From Octopus sinensis (taxonomy: Eukaryota): DNA of 10,302 bases. The notes under the pieces were generated by a model. It did not search any database. It saw nothing but the letters and a program-made list of their open reading frames with translations, and was not told the DNA's origin. The position numbers and the translations under genes are program-made. Positions 8,716 to 10,302 of this stretch are shown here, one piece after another (position 1 is the stretch's first letter; each line of letters starts with the position of its first letter). The stretch spans positions 1-10,302 of the forward strand of contig NW_021827441.1 of the NCBI RefSeq assembly GCF_006345805.1. The letters run 5' to 3'.

Positions 8716-8999
8716 TTACTCTTCTACGGTACACCACGTATTTTCTTTCAATATATTTCAATTAACGTGTTATTCAGTGCAGTACTGTATTCTTATTTAT
8801 TAATTTAATTTTTAGGCGTAAAAATGTTTATTTTACTCCAGAAATAATTAAAATCAAAAATGTATAAATTCCTATCGACTGCAGAAACCCGCGATATACT
8901 GAGGAGTCCGCGATATAAATTTACATATATTAGCCAGAAACATCACCGATTTACTGAGAGCACGATAGATGAACCGCGATATGGCGAGTGATTACTGTA

Positions 9000-9150
9000 T
9001 ATGCCTATAGATACTTAGCTATCTATACATCGATATATACATGCATACATACACATATATGCATACATACTTACATACATATATACATACATACACACAT
9101 ACATACATACATGCACAGATACATACACGTGAGTGTGTGTGTGTGTGCGC
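9000..9150. repeat. Imperfect (CATA)n/(CA)n followed by (GT)n
   Basis: Read directly. Confidence 0.9.
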
Positions 9151-9350
9151 GCGTTTGTTTGTGTCTGTGTTTGTCCCCCCACCATCGTTTGACAACTGAT
9201 GCTGGTGTGTTTACGTCCCTGAAACTTAGCGGTTCGGCAAAAGCGACTGATAGGCTTACGAAGAATAAGTCTGGGGTCGATTTGTTCGACTACAGGCGGT
9301 GCTCCAGCATGGCCGCAGTCAAATGACTGAAACAAGTAGAAGGAATAAAA
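9130..9350 (+). mobile_element. 3' half of the CORE-like microsatellite-containing SINE (copy E, head missing)
   Basis: TTTGTCCCCCC...GGCGGTGCTCCAGCATGGCCGCAGTCAAATGACTGAAACAAGTA matches 7757-7920. Confidence 0.9.
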
Positions 9351-9352
9351 GG

Positions 9353-9435
9353 ACAGTATTATTTCTACTTCGCGGATTTTCACCTATCGCGAGATGTCGT
9401 GGAACGTAACACCCGCGATAGTCGAGGGATTACCG
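9353..9435 (+). mobile_element. Isolated 3'-terminal 83 bp of a second Tigger-like copy
   Basis: Its reverse complement matches 8214-8296 at 64/83 ungapped; followed by TA at 9436-9437. Confidence 0.88.
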
Positions 9436-9527
9436 TAGCTGGCTGAATACAACCGTCGTATAAGCGGACCACATCATTTGATATGGCGTAAGAGTCGCTG
9501 TTGCTGTTGTGGCTATTGTCACTATCG

Positions 9528-9851
9528 AGAAGGCGCGTGGCTTAGTGGTTAGCGCATTCGGCTCAGGATCGTAAGGTCATGAGTTCAATTCTCAGCGACA
9601 CCTTACGTCCTTGAGCAAGACACTTTATTTCACATTACTTCAGTCCACTCAGCTGGCAAAGATTAATAGTACCTGTATTTCAAAAAAGGGCCAGCCTTGT
9701 CACACACCGTGTCACGCTGAATCTCCCTGAGAACTACATTAAGGGTACACGTGTCTGTGGAGTGCTTAGTCACTTGCACGTTAATTTCACAAAGCTGTTC
9801 CGTCGATCGTAGCAGCTGGGAGGATCGTCGTCGCAACCGACGGACGGCTCC
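9528..9851 (+). mobile_element. tRNA-derived SINE (copy C: head H2 + CORE-like segment + tail T2)
   Basis: A box TGGCTTAGTGG (9538-9548), B box GAGTTCAATTC (9581-9591), CORE-like GTCCTTGAGCAAGACACTTTA (9607-9627). From 9669 it shares the tail of copy B (91/103 identical over the segment starting at 4247 in B). Confidence 0.9.
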
Positions 9852-10008
9852 TTTTTATCGTCACTCCCGTTAGCTTCAAAACCTATAATTTGGTTGTTTA
9901 AGACATTCTCATCAAGGAATTGTTCACAGATTCTTCATAGTCTTCTTCCTCTAATGCAATCAATTGTGCTCTTTCATTATATATGGACTTTTTTTGACAT
10001 TGCAATGT

Positions 10009-10223
10009 TTAGTTTCCTAGCAAAAACATATGTGAAGACCCTTTTAGATGTAGAAATGTAGGGTCCACGATGTCAAGGAGGAGTGAAATCTCTCTATATA
10101 TAAGTCGAAGTTGTCTGTTGTAGGGGGGTTGGTAGCCTTCAACTACAACATATCTCCGAGGCCCTGAGACCAGTTGCCAAAAAATTGAGCCGTATTGAGA
10201 GTATGATAGAAGGCTCGCTCTTC
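10009..10223 (-). other. Candidate coding exon or decayed coding fragment, unidentified
   Basis: On the minus strand a long polypyrimidine tract and AG (10250-10224) precede 70 stop-free codons ending in TAA. No recognised homology. Confidence 0.3.
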
Positions 10224-10302
10224 CTTCGTAGAAAAAGAAAAAAAAAAATCAAATGGACCATGTTAACACCAAAATTATTTACATCAAAAAGGTGCTTTTT
10301 TT

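Larger units (their letters stand above)
8214..8997 (-). mobile_element. Internally deleted Tigger/pogo-like DNA transposon (784 bp including nested insertions)
   Basis: TA at 8212-8213 and 8998-8999. Termini CAGTAAACATCTGAC-TATCGCGG (8214) and reverse complement CAGTAATCACTCGCCATATCGCGG (8997) match 18/24. Repeated CGCGATA subterminal motifs. The minus-strand peptide RQQPPITMFLTR (8706-8671) resembles the RQQLPITMF C-terminal motif I recall from Tigger/TIGD1-like transposases. Confidence 0.85.

Noticed and set aside
248-9383. ORFs rich in YI, TH or CV dipeptides (248-433, 4940-5125, 5212-5559, 5464-5772, 5813-6184, 5983-6306, 7516-7782, 7578-7772, 7605-7946, 7996-8259, 8988-9326, 9015-9383)
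   Set aside because: They are stop-free translations of (TA)n, (CA)n and (GT)n microsatellites and adjacent SINE sequence.
4032-9600. tRNA-like segments at 2486, 4032, 4430, 7483 and 9528 as tRNA genes
   Set aside because: They have A/B boxes but no complete cloverleaf, and they continue into repeat bodies; these are SINE heads.

Overview
This is eukaryotic non-coding (intronic or intergenic) DNA with no supportable complete gene. It is rich in (TA)n, (GT)n and (GATA)n microsatellites and carries a dense set of transposable element relics. The SINE families and microsatellite load look like an octopus (cephalopod) genome; this is inferred from my recall of family consensus sequences, not from a database search. 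Well supported by the sequence: an internally deleted mariner (1052-1617, 30-bp TIRs, YSPD motif); an internally deleted Tigger/pogo-like element (8214-8997) plus a second inverted terminus of the same family (9353-9435); five copies of a Meta-domain-like SINE (two joined as a dimer); and tRNA-headed SINEs that swap heads and tails in a jigsaw pattern (2486-2789, 4032-4415, 9528-9851, 7483-7936, 9130-9350). Most ORFs in the supplied track are microsatellite or SINE artefacts. One unlisted 70-codon minus-strand frame behind a strong splice acceptor (10009-10223) is an unidentified candidate exon. I see no evidence for a clearly new biological system. The best leads are the SINE module shuffling, the invariant SINE hairpin, the possible composite Tigger unit and the candidate exon. 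All identity figures were counted by hand.
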